Below are positions 7,543 to 15,557 of a stretch of DNA of 64,000 nucleotides, piece after piece (position 1 is the first letter of the stretch; the number at the start of each line of letters is the position of its first letter). The position numbers and the translations under genes are program-made. Where the stretch lies: positions 1 to 64,000 of IMG/VR virus record IMGVR_UViG_3300024358_000009. One strand, written 5' to 3'. The notes under the pieces were generated by a model, which was not told the origin of the DNA, did no database searches, and saw only the letters and a program-made list of their open reading frames with translations.

Positions 7543-7775
7543 AAGTTGTTGTTTTTAATGAACACAACGAAGTTTTTTCTAAAGTTGATAATACTCAGTT
7601 TTCTCCAGACTTTAAAAAAGCTTTTATTTTTAATTGCTTAAATACAGAACACGCCAATATAGTAGTCGAGAAGACTAGAGAGTTTACAGGAAGTCAGAAC
7701 TTGCGATGGAGAGCATATGAATCGCCAAAAGAAAGCCGAAAGAACAGCGATCAAAATAGCCAAAGCAATGGCTAG
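7539..7775 (+). CDS. hypothetical protein
   Basis: ATGA coupling. Confidence 0.55.
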   Translation: MKVVVFNEHNEVFSKVDNTQFSPDFKKAFIFNCLNTEHANIVVEKTREFTGSQNLRWRAYESPKESRKNSDQNSQSNG

Positions 7776-7902
7776 AGAATTGGGCGAAAAAACTAGAAAT
7801 ATAAATCTAGAACAAGCCGATGATATAAGAGAGTTGTACTCTCAAGTATATGGAAATGATAGACTTACAAGAAGATATGATTTGGTTAGTATTGTGGCTT
7901 GA
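7717..7902 (+). CDS. hypothetical protein
   Basis: GGAGAG RBS; overlaps previous ORF tail. Confidence 0.5.
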   Translation: MNRQKKAERTAIKIAKAMARELGEKTRNINLEQADDIRELYSQVYGNDRLTRRYDLVSIVA

Positions 7903-7926
7903 AATTTTTTTTGTGATTTGTACAAT
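7899..7926 (+). promoter_or_regulatory. possible sigma70-type promoter TTGAAA-N16-TACAAT
   Basis: Intergenic, upstream of AAGGAG RBS of 7956. Confidence 0.4.
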
Positions 7927-7955
7927 AATTAAAACTTTAACCGAAGGAGAATATC

Positions 7956-8384
7956 ATGGATAATCTTAAGAAGTTTTTTGGAGTAGCTCTTTTCTTTTCT
8001 TTCACTTACATTTTCTTTTCTACTGCATACATTGTTTATCAAAACTATAGATATGGATTTATGATTAGTGTTTTCAATGCTGAATCACGCATTCTGAGAG
8101 ATGAATTACAGGAACAGCGTTATAAGCCATCTTACGATGATGGATATCGTGATGCTATTATTAGAATGGGAACTCCATCAACTCCGGGTGCTTATACAGA
8201 TGGATTTATGGCAGCAGCAAAAGTCTATCAAAATTCTAGTTATGCAGAAGGATATCACAATGCTATTAAGCAATTTGGCTATCACGAAATTCCAAATGCT
8301 AACACTAAACTTCCTTTAGATGATGTAAAAACATCTAGCATTAAGACTAAAGAAGTTCCTATTAGACTAGCAGAAGAAAAATAA
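7956..8384 (+). CDS. membrane-anchored protein with YxxG(Y/F)xxA repeats
   Basis: N-terminal TM segment; SYDDGYRDA, AYTDGFMAA, SYAEGYHNA. Confidence 0.6.
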   Translation: MDNLKKFFGVALFFSFTYIFFSTAYIVYQNYRYGFMISVFNAESRILRDELQEQRYKPSYDDGYRDAIIRMGTPSTPGAYTDGFMAAAKVYQNSSYAEGYHNAIKQFGYHEIPNANTKLPLDDVKTSSIKTKEVPIRLAEEK

Positions 8385-8408
8385 TTTATGCAATCAAATT
8401 TAACACAC

Positions 8409-8446
8409 AAAACCATTATCTATAATAGATATTGGTTTTTTGTTTT
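8409..8446 (+). terminator. possible intrinsic terminator
   Basis: AAAACCATTATCTA / TAGATATTGGTTTT inverted repeat followed by T-run. Confidence 0.45.
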
Positions 8447-8459
8447 ATAGGACATAAAA

Positions 8460-9221
8460 ATGAATTTAAAGCATTTTGTAATTACTAGATTTTTAAATCA
8501 AAAAAATATGAGATTTAGAAAGTTTTTATTAGATGAAATCGTTATTGAATACAGAATGAAATTAATGACTAAGTATTTATATCCATCTTTAAATAATCAA
8601 TCAAATTTAAATTTTACACATATAATATTAATACATGAAAAATTACCTAAAAAATATATAGATCAAATTAATAAAATTGATTGCAATTTTAAAAAAATAA
8701 TTATGACTTCAGAACAGTTAAAAGATTTTATAAAAAATGAATATACTAAATGTGATTTTTTAATAACATCCAGAATAGATGATGATGATATGATATATTA
8801 TAATGCAATTGATGATATACAAAAGTCTATCAATGACAATACAATTATAAATGTATATGGTTATAAAAAAGGTTGCACAATGATAGATGGGGAAACTAAA
8901 AAATTTAAATATAAAACAAACATTAATCATGGAATGATAGCTATATTATTAACATTAATAATAAATACAAAAAAAGTAACAAATCCAATAACTATATACG
9001 ATTTAGGAAATCATACCAAAATTAAAGATCAACTGATTAAAAACCATAAGATGTTAGGAATTGATAATTTACCGGATGATTTCTGGAAACCAAATGTTAC
9101 AGTTGATCCAGCTTGGATATACATTAGACATGAAAAATCTGATAGCGGAACAAAACACAGAAGTGATAAAATAGTTAAATTTGGTAAATTTAAAACAAAT
9201 AAATTTTTTGGCTTAGAATAA
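8460..9221 (+). CDS. putative glycosyltransferase (putative rhamnosyltransferase-like, GT-A)
   Basis: HFVITRF, YPSLNNQS, ITSRIDDDD. Confidence 0.7.
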   Translation: MNLKHFVITRFLNQKNMRFRKFLLDEIVIEYRMKLMTKYLYPSLNNQSNLNFTHIILIHEKLPKKYIDQINKIDCNFKKIIMTSEQLKDFIKNEYTKCDFLITSRIDDDDMIYYNAIDDIQKSINDNTIINVYGYKKGCTMIDGETKKFKYKTNINHGMIAILLTLIINTKKVTNPITIYDLGNHTKIKDQLIKNHKMLGIDNLPDDFWKPNVTVDPAWIYIRHEKSDSGTKHRSDKIVKFGKFKTNKFFGLE

Positions 9222-9223
9222 AT

Positions 9224-9856
9224 ATGTACACAGTAATAATACCAACAATGTGGGTTAATGTTACTTTATTAGAAAAAATGATATGTATATATAATCAGTC
9301 TAACTACATCAATGAAATTATAATAATAGACAATAATCCAATCGATAAAATAAAACTTGATTTTAAAAAAGTAAAAATACTTACAAAAAATAAAAATATA
9401 TATGTTAATCCAGCATGGAATTGGGGCGTGTCTGAATCTAACAACGAAAAAATTATAATAGCCAATGATGATATTTTAATAGAAAATTTTGAAAACATAA
9501 TTATAAAAATTGATGAATTTTTAAAAGATAAAATTGTAATAGGTTTAAAAACCAAATTATTAGAAAATGAAAAGCAACAAGTCTCTATAATAAAATGCCA
9601 AAAAAGACCTTATGGATGGGGTACTTTTATGGCTATGAATAAAAAATCATATATTTATGTTCCAGAATATTTAAAAATTTGGGCTGGAGATGATATTCAG
9701 TTTAATAATAATGATCCTTATATAATTTTAGGAGCAGATATAAAAACAAAAATGTCTGAAACTGTAAAAAAATATAATCTTAGAGTTATGGCAAAAAGAG
9801 ATTCTCGTCTTTACAGAACAAAATGTAATCCAGACGGATCTCTTAAACAATTGTAA
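9224..9856 (+). CDS. glycosyltransferase family 2-like
   Basis: TVIIPT, IIIIDN, YVNPAWNWG, IANDDI. Confidence 0.75.
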   Translation: MYTVIIPTMWVNVTLLEKMICIYNQSNYINEIIIIDNNPIDKIKLDFKKVKILTKNKNIYVNPAWNWGVSESNNEKIIIANDDILIENFENIIIKIDEFLKDKIVIGLKTKLLENEKQQVSIIKCQKRPYGWGTFMAMNKKSYIYVPEYLKIWAGDDIQFNNNDPYIILGADIKTKMSETVKKYNLRVMAKRDSRLYRTKCNPDGSLKQL

Positions 9857-9899
9857 CTGCAAATCGAAAAAGTTAATGTAACAACAAAAGGAGTTAATA

Positions 9900-10292
9900 A
9901 TGAATATTAAAATTGATAATGATAACTATATCATGTTTGCAAGTGAATCTGTTAAGAGATGTTTATTGCGTAATAAGATTTCTGCTATTGATCTTTTAAC
10001 TCCATACACGAAAAAGATTTTTAGCAAAAAAGGAAATTGCAGTATTAAAAAGATAGGCGAAGAAAATATAAGCATTACAAATATATCTGTTTATGATTTT
10101 GACGAAGAAAAAATTACTAAGTGTTTTATTTTGCACAGTGTTGGTAATTATACAGAACTCAAGCCTGTTCTTGATAATAAATGGTCTGTAAAATTAGAGT
10201 GTGGACACAACGCCATTATTGATGATACTGTAGATACAATCTGTAAGGATCATAAAGTTAAATGTTTTTTGTGCGAGAAAGCAAATGCTTAA
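9900..10292 (+). CDS. hypothetical Zn-binding protein (WxxKLECGH...CxxC)
   Basis: WSVKLECGH and KCFLC; paralog of 16121..16555. Confidence 0.6.
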   Translation: MNIKIDNDNYIMFASESVKRCLLRNKISAIDLLTPYTKKIFSKKGNCSIKKIGEENISITNISVYDFDEEKITKCFILHSVGNYTELKPVLDNKWSVKLECGHNAIIDDTVDTICKDHKVKCFLCEKANA

Positions 10293-10782
10293 AAGACTTG
10301 TAGACATTGTTTTTATAATAGCTGATTTTTCAATTTGGTTTCTTGGTATTGGATGTTTATTTATACTCAAAGCCACTTATTTAAAAATATGTGACAATGA
10401 CGATTGGAAATTTACTGGAATGATAGGCGTTGGACTTTGTTCTGCTTCAACATTCTTTTCTTTACTAGGTTTATATTTAGCAGAAAAAGAAAGGATTAAG
10501 ACAAAAAAACTAAGCACTATAGATTTTTATTCAATATTTTTTAGATGGTCAGATGCTCCAACATTACAAAAATGGAATTGTGCTAGAGTTAAAGATGGTT
10601 GGGAAATATTCATATATCACAATGGAGAAAGAAAGCGTTTAATGTTTATTGATCATACAGAAGAATATGGCGAAAATTTAGCTAAGTTTATTGTTGAATG
10701 TCCTGTAGATGTAATTAGATTATTAGATTCATATCGTTCTGAATGTGAATGTGAGTATCCAGATGAAAAACAAAGAAAGTGA
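10285..10782 (+). CDS. hypothetical membrane protein
   Basis: Two N-terminal hydrophobic segments. Confidence 0.6.
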   Translation: MLKRLVDIVFIIADFSIWFLGIGCLFILKATYLKICDNDDWKFTGMIGVGLCSASTFFSLLGLYLAEKERIKTKKLSTIDFYSIFFRWSDAPTLQKWNCARVKDGWEIFIYHNGERKRLMFIDHTEEYGENLAKFIVECPVDVIRLLDSYRSECECEYPDEKQRK

Positions 10783-10936
10783 AGTAATAGCTAAACTTCT
10801 AGCTGCTTGCAAACGAGCTTTTGATTTTGTAGATGATGAGTTCAATAATAAGACTGTTGTAGAAATGAATGGATCATTCGGATTGTGGCTCGATTTAAAA
10901 CAAGCGATAGATTTTGCTGAAAAAAATAAAACATGA
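10745..10936 (+). CDS. hypothetical protein
   Basis: Packed ORF; start uncertain. Confidence 0.5.
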   Translation: MNVSIQMKNKESEVIAKLLAACKRAFDFVDDEFNNKTVVEMNGSFGLWLDLKQAIDFAEKNKT

Positions 10937-10941
10937 AAACA

Positions 10942-11003
10942 TTAGTAAAGACTTCTTTACTAGCAATAGAAGTTAGTAAAGTTTTCTTTACTAGCAATAA
11001 AAA
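10942..11003. repeat. two tandem 31-bp repeats, each with 8-bp inverted repeat TAGTAAAG-N4-CTTTACTA
   Basis: TTAGTAAAGACTTCTTTACTAGCAATAGAAG then TTAGTAAAGTTTTCTTTACTAGCAATAAAAA. Confidence 0.85.
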
Positions 11004-11008
11004 AGAAA

Positions 11009-11269
11009 TTGAAAATGACTAGAGAAGAAGTTGAACAAATCTGTAAAGAGACTGGCATAACTGTTTTATTTGCAGATGGATTTGATGATGCAATTATGGG
11101 AATTGGAAGATCATTTCAAGATTATAAAGTCGTATATAGTAGAGATAAAGTTATTGAGATATTAATGGAAGAACACGATATGGACATTACAGAAGCCGAA
11201 GAATATTATGAATATAATATAGCCGGAGCATATGTGGGCGACAGCACTCCTGTATTTATGGAGTTTTAA
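11009..11269 (+). CDS. conserved phage hypothetical protein
   Basis: LFADGFDDAIMG...VVYSRDKVIEIL...EYNIAGAYVG..TP pattern familiar from aquatic phages. Confidence 0.7.
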   Translation: MKMTREEVEQICKETGITVLFADGFDDAIMGIGRSFQDYKVVYSRDKVIEILMEEHDMDITEAEEYYEYNIAGAYVGDSTPVFMEF

Positions 11270-11482
11270 ATGAATGCCAAAGAAGCTGATTTTAAAGGAA
11301 AAACAAAACTAAATCAAATTAGAGTTGGAACGAAAGAGAATATAGGGGTTTCCGTAAGTCCAAGAAACGATAATATGTTTCTTTGGTTAAACGGAGACTT
11401 GTATTATCAAAACAATGAAGGTCGATTGTTTATTATTGATTTTATAGAAGTGCCTATTAAGAGAAAAGAGAGCGAAGAGTAG
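11270..11482 (+). CDS. hypothetical protein
   Basis: Abuts previous stop. Confidence 0.55.
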   Translation: MNAKEADFKGKTKLNQIRVGTKENIGVSVSPRNDNMFLWLNGDLYYQNNEGRLFIIDFIEVPIKRKESEE

Positions 11483-11483
11483 T

Positions 11484-11759
11484 ATGTTTCAGTGTCATAA
11501 GAAAGATGGAAATGGTTTTAGGATCGGTTTTAGAAATGGATATCAAGTATCAGTAAGATTTGGTGGACAAAATTATTGTGAAAACAGCGGTCTAGATAAA
11601 AAATTTATGGCAAGCAAAGACGCTGAAATAGCAATCGTTAACCCTAAAGGCGAACTTGTTCAACTATCGGAAAGCGATACAGTTCTTGCTAATCAATCAG
11701 CTGAAGATTTAGTGGAACTTATGTATAAATATGTCAGGATGAAAAATGCATCCAATTAA
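11484..11759 (+). CDS. hypothetical phage protein
   Basis: GFRIGFRNGYQVSVRFG.QNYC...AEIAI pattern. Confidence 0.6.
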   Translation: MFQCHKKDGNGFRIGFRNGYQVSVRFGGQNYCENSGLDKKFMASKDAEIAIVNPKGELVQLSESDTVLANQSAEDLVELMYKYVRMKNASN

Positions 11760-11991
11760 AGTTTTTATATTGGTAATGTTGGCTTTAATAGGAAGTCATT
11801 ATAAAAATTATGTTTCTCATAAAGAAACTGGCGAAAAAATAATGGCTAGACTTTACGATTTAGAACTAAGAATTTTGCCAGAAAGTTTAGAAAATGGAGT
11901 TCCAATTTATTCAGAGCGTGGATATGCAAAAATTAGAGGTATACATGATTGTCAACAAATAATATATGAGGAGTTTGAACTATGGAAATGA
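11746..11991 (+). CDS. hypothetical protein with N-terminal hydrophobic segment
   Basis: IKVFILVMLALIG. Confidence 0.55.
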   Translation: MHPIKVFILVMLALIGSHYKNYVSHKETGEKIMARLYDLELRILPESLENGVPIYSERGYAKIRGIHDCQQIIYEEFELWK

Positions 11992-12161
11992 CAGAAGACG
12001 AACTTTTGCAAATAGAAAACGACATGAAGTCTAATAATGGCTCTTGGGTTAGCAACGAAAGTGTTATTAAATTAATCAAAGAAATTAGATACTTGAAAGA
12101 AATTATCAAGGAAATAAAACCATGTCGATCAGTATGTCAGAAGAAGAACTTAGAGAAATAG
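11982..12161 (+). CDS. short Ead/Ea22-like protein (59 aa)
   Basis: Hand-translated MEMTEDELLQIEN...GSWVS...VIKLIKEIRYLKE; GAGGAG RBS; resembles the next gene. Confidence 0.55.
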   Translation: MEMTEDELLQIENDMKSNNGSWVSNESVIKLIKEIRYLKEIIKEIKPCRSVCQKKNLEK

Positions 12162-12460
12162 AAAATAGATTTTACAGAGCAACGCCTGGACCTTGGGTGT
12201 CTTCAAGCTGTGATAAGGGCGGTTCATTTATATATTCAGAAAGTCCAGAAAGGGCGTATTTTTATCACGGAGAATGGGTTGCACATATAGCTACAAGTGA
12301 AGACACAAGATTTATTGCACACGCAATAGAAGATATACCAAAACTATTGACTGAAGTAAAAAGACTTAGAAAACTCTTAGATAAAAGTATGTATAATGAA
12401 ATTATGAATGCATATTGTAAAAAATTTGGAGTAGAAGTTGACAAAGAACGAAATATTTAA
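12122..12460 (+). CDS. Ead/Ea22-like protein
   Basis: EIE...RATPGPW...TRFIAHAIEDIPKLLTEVKRLR. Confidence 0.7.
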   Translation: MSISMSEEELREIENRFYRATPGPWVSSSCDKGGSFIYSESPERAYFYHGEWVAHIATSEDTRFIAHAIEDIPKLLTEVKRLRKLLDKSMYNEIMNAYCKKFGVEVDKERNI

Positions 12461-12752
12461 AAGGCTAGAATCTTTAAATGTCTCTAAAATATATATAACA
12501 TTCTTTTGCGAAAAAGATAAAATAGATATTATAAGCAATATAGTTATTATGACAGATGGAAGATATTCTGTTGATTGGAATGATGATATTTATAAAGACA
12601 AATCTTATATAACAGAACCAATTTTTCATTATGATAAAAAAGATTGGATTAATATAGATGGTCTATTAACTTGGGATGTTGTTAATAAAAAATTAATTAT
12701 TTCTGGCGAAAAAGAAAAATGTCTAAAAGAGAAGTTCTCCGAAGAAATATAA
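12438..12752 (+). CDS. hypothetical protein
   Basis: Packed ORF; GGAG upstream. Confidence 0.55.
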   Translation: MTKNEIFKRLESLNVSKIYITFFCEKDKIDIISNIVIMTDGRYSVDWNDDIYKDKSYITEPIFHYDKKDWINIDGLLTWDVVNKKLIISGEKEKCLKEKFSEEI

Positions 12753-12881
12753 TGGCGTATTTATATACGCTATGGAAATAAACATAATTGATAATGCTAG
12801 GCCGTATATTGAATTATTTTTTTGGTTTCTTATATATAATTTGATAATCTTTACTATGAAAGAAGTTTTGAAAGATTCTGA

Positions 12882-12910
12882 TTAATTTTTTGACGATTGT
12901 GACGAATAAG
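12882..12910 (+). promoter_or_regulatory. repeated promoter motif (TTAA-N16-ACGAATAAG)
   Basis: In 180-bp intergenic gap; followed by AAGGAGG. Confidence 0.7.
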
Positions 12911-12936
12911 ATGATATACAACTCAAGGAGGTAAGT

Positions 12937-13170
12937 ATGATTAGTTTTTTCAAAAAGTTTTTTGTTAAGTCTGAAGATCAATTGAAAGTTTTAGAACTTC
13001 AAAATGAAATAAGTTCATTAAAAAGAATAGTTCAAGATTTAGAAATTGAAAATTCTGATTTTGAAATAGCAAAATTTAATCTTATTGATGAAAATAAGGA
13101 ACTAGAAAGACAGATTAGAGAACTAAATAAAAAGATAGATTCTATAAAAATTATACTGGAATATAAATGA
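12937..13170 (+). CDS. coiled-coil hypothetical protein
   Basis: AAGGAGG RBS; heptad pattern. Confidence 0.65.
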   Translation: MISFFKKFFVKSEDQLKVLELQNEISSLKRIVQDLEIENSDFEIAKFNLIDENKELERQIRELNKKIDSIKIILEYK

Positions 13171-13175
13171 TAAAA

Positions 13176-13244
13176 GGGCGGTATTGCAATTTTCATAGTT
13201 CGGTGGGATGAAGTTGCATTTTTGGCTTGTTGTCAAAACCGCCC
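13176..13244 (+). other. predicted three-way-junction RNA structure upstream of csrA-like gene
   Basis: GGGCGGT/ACCGCCC closing stem; TGCAATTTTCAT/ATGAAGTTGCA and TTTGGC/GTCAAA inner stems. Confidence 0.5.
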
Positions 13245-13263
13245 CTCTTATTTTGGAGATGAA

Positions 13264-13464
13264 ATGGAAAACGGAAATTTAGTTTTTACTAGGAATTTTG
13301 GCGAATCTTTTACTGTTTATACGCCAAATGGAAATGTAGTAATAACACTATTATCAAATAAATTTAGTACTAATCAGGTTAAAGTATCTGTTAGTGCTCC
13401 TAAAAACTTTAAGATAATGAGAAATGAGATAATTAATACCACAAGAGACAAAAGCCATGAATAG
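13264..13464 (+). CDS. csrA: carbon storage regulator CsrA/RsmA family RNA-binding protein
   Basis: LVFTRNFGESFTV...QVKVSVSAPKNFKIMRNEI matches LVLTRK.GESI.I...QVRIGI.APK...I.R.E; GGAG RBS. Confidence 0.8.
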   Translation: MENGNLVFTRNFGESFTVYTPNGNVVITLLSNKFSTNQVKVSVSAPKNFKIMRNEIINTTRDKSHE

Positions 13465-14737
13465 AAGACATTTTTTACAGCATACTACTGAGTTTGCTTC
13501 TCTTGCACTATTATCAAATCTTCATGCTCAGCAAGAAACAATAAAGAAAAAGGGCAAAAGATTAATAGTTCTTTGGATGAGCGGTGGCCCAAGTCATATG
13601 GACTTGTGGGATCTAAAGCAGGGAGAATCTACTGGTGGAGATTTTAAGCCAATCAACACTTCGGCAAACGGAGTGCAGATTAGTGAAGTTCTTCCAACGA
13701 TTGCTTCACAATTCCACAACTTGGTGGCTATTCGATCTTTGGTTACTAATGAAGGTAGCCATGAGCGTGGCACATACTTAATGAATACGGCTAAACAGCC
13801 TAATCCAGTAGTACAGTATCCAGCTATGGGTGCTGTAGTTTCTTCTTTGATTGGTTCTAAAGAGTTAGCTTTACCAAACTTTATAGGGATTGGTGGTACT
13901 GCTCAAAGAGTTGGCCCAGGTTTTCTTGGAGCTATGTACACACCATTTGTTGTGCAGAATCCTGGTGTTCCACCAGAAAACATTAAAGCACCAGCATCGC
14001 TTGGAGATGACGATGAAAGACTACGCAGAAGACAAAGATTGTTCTATGGAATAGAAGATGAATTTGCCCAAAAAGTAATGCCTCATATTAAAAAGGCTAA
14101 AGATAGAGAAAATTTAGGCAATGTGGCTGAATCTCACTCGTCTATTTATGGTAAAGCCTTTGATCTTACCATATCGCCACTTAGGACAGTATTTGAGATT
14201 AAAAACGAAAACACCGCCACTATTGAAGCTTATGGCGGTAGAATGAACCAATTTGGCATGGGATGCCTTCTTGCTAGAAAACTTGTCGAGAAGGGAGTTA
14301 GTTGTGTTCAAGTCGATCTCGGCGGATGGGATAATCATAATAATATCTTTTCTACTATTAGGAATGGTAATGGCCCTCGGCTTGATAAAGGTTTTGGAAA
14401 CTTGGTAAAAGAACTTAATGATATTGGTTTATGGAAAGATACAGTAGTTCTTTGGATGGGCGAATTTGGTCGTACTCCTAAGATTAATCAAAATGGTGGG
14501 CGTGACCATTGGGCTAGATGTTGGTCTGTTGTCGTTGGCGGTGGTGCAATTAAGGGCGGTCAAGCGTATGGATCAACAAGTAAAGATGGGTTAGATATTA
14601 AAGATAAGCCATGTACCATTGGCGATATTTACGCAACTGTTTATAAAGCTTTAGACATGGATCTTTCTGCTCAAATTAGAGATAACATCGGAAGACCTAT
14701 GAATATTGCAGAAGGAAAACCTTTAGATATTTTTTAA
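13457..14737 (+). CDS. DUF1501 domain protein with Tat signal
   Basis: MNRRHFL; LWMSGGPSHMDLWDLK; GGWDNH; GEFGRTPKIN...GRDHW. Confidence 0.9.
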   Translation: MNRRHFLQHTTEFASLALLSNLHAQQETIKKKGKRLIVLWMSGGPSHMDLWDLKQGESTGGDFKPINTSANGVQISEVLPTIASQFHNLVAIRSLVTNEGSHERGTYLMNTAKQPNPVVQYPAMGAVVSSLIGSKELALPNFIGIGGTAQRVGPGFLGAMYTPFVVQNPGVPPENIKAPASLGDDDERLRRRQRLFYGIEDEFAQKVMPHIKKAKDRENLGNVAESHSSIYGKAFDLTISPLRTVFEIKNENTATIEAYGGRMNQFGMGCLLARKLVEKGVSCVQVDLGGWDNHNNIFSTIRNGNGPRLDKGFGNLVKELNDIGLWKDTVVLWMGEFGRTPKINQNGGRDHWARCWSVVVGGGAIKGGQAYGSTSKDGLDIKDKPCTIGDIYATVYKALDMDLSAQIRDNIGRPMNIAEGKPLDIF

Positions 14738-14748
14738 AAGGAGTTTTT

Positions 14749-14910
14749 GTGCTTAAAAAATACGCAGGAAAAGTAAAATGTTTGGGATGGTGCAATAAAG
14801 AATTTATATCTCCAAACAAAGTTTATGTTCGTTTGTGTCATGAGTGTAAAGAGAAAAGCAATAATCTCAGAGCAAGAAGAAATTCTAAATATCTAGAAGT
14901 TAAAGATTGA
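14749..14910 (+). CDS. small Zn-finger protein (53 aa)
   Basis: GTG start after AAGGAG; KCLGWCNKEFISP...LCHEC; paralog of 28157..28339. Confidence 0.65.
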   Translation: MLKKYAGKVKCLGWCNKEFISPNKVYVRLCHECKEKSNNLRARRNSKYLEVKD

Positions 14911-14932
14911 TAAAATAATTTAAATTGTTATG

Positions 14933-14961
14933 TTAAGTTTTCGTCAGCGTTGACGAATAAG
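14933..14961 (+). promoter_or_regulatory. repeated promoter motif (TTAA-N16-ACGAATAAG)
   Basis: Intergenic; overlaps inverted repeat CGTCA-N4-TGACG. Confidence 0.7.
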
Positions 14962-14969
14962 TGAGTAGG

Positions 14970-15000
14970 AAGTTGGTGTGTTGCCAACTTAGTTTTTGTT
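14970..15000 (+). promoter_or_regulatory. leader hairpin with T-tract (attenuator- or terminator-like)
   Basis: AAGTTGG/CCAACTT stem then AGTTTTTGTT, between promoter motif and RBS. Confidence 0.45.
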
Positions 15001-15014
15001 GAAGGAGGATAGTT

Positions 15015-15254
15015 ATGTTGAGTTTCATTATGGCGATTGCCATTGCTACCAGTTCTGAATCTGTGGACGGAATCAGACTGCGTGGTGGTTCTTCTTGTTC
15101 TAATGGTTCATGCAGTGTTGCTGCTGCACCAGTAGCAGAGAAGAAAGTTGAAGCTCCAGCAAAGCAGGAAGCAGTAGCTACTTGCGGATCTGGAAACTGC
15201 GGAAGTGCTAAATCTCATCATAGATTTGGTATTATTCGTGGTCGATGCCGTTAA
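15015..15254 (+). CDS. small secreted Cys/Gly-rich protein
   Basis: AAGGAGG RBS; signal-like MLSFIMAIAIA; CSNGSC and CGSGNC motifs; basic C-terminus. Confidence 0.7.
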   Translation: MLSFIMAIAIATSSESVDGIRLRGGSSCSNGSCSVAAAPVAEKKVEAPAKQEAVATCGSGNCGSAKSHHRFGIIRGRCR

Positions 15255-15267
15255 TAATGCGGTATAT

Positions 15268-15302
15268 AAAGAAGGGGGGCTTTATGCTCCCCTTTTCTTT
15301 TT
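15268..15302 (+). terminator. intrinsic terminator
   Basis: AAGAAGGGGGGC / GCTCCCCTTTTCTT stem with T-run. Confidence 0.7.
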
Positions 15303-15317
15303 GAGGTTAATATCAAA

Positions 15318-15557
15318 ATGAAATTTTGTCAGTCATGTGATTGTGAACTACCAGATTATTTAGAATCAGAAATAGATCTTTGTTTTAGCTGTATGTTTAA
15401 TAACTCAAATTGTTGCGAAGTCTGTAGTGAAGTTATTAATATAAATGATATAGATAAAGCAAATTTCATGCTTGGTGATGACTGGATTGAAATGTGCGAT
15501 AAATGTGCGAAAGAATTTTATGAGAATAGGAAGACTAACGATATTAGAAGAAGTTGA
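15318..15557 (+). CDS. Cys-rich (Zn-finger) hypothetical protein
   Basis: Four CxxC pairs. Confidence 0.6.
   Translation: MKFCQSCDCELPDYLESEIDLCFSCMFNNSNCCEVCSEVININDIDKANFMLGDDWIEMCDKCAKEFYENRKTNDIRRS

Noticed and set aside
7956-8384. FliH/Yae1 assignment for the YxxGYxxA repeats
   Set aside because: Only three short repeats; not enough to name a family
10942-11003. CRISPR array
   Set aside because: Only two units, head-to-tail with no spacer, and no cas operon; kept as a tandem palindromic repeat
13176-13244. Second tRNA gene
   Set aside because: Acceptor-like and T-like arms present, but no D arm, anticodon arm or conserved T-loop; reported as an unclassified structure
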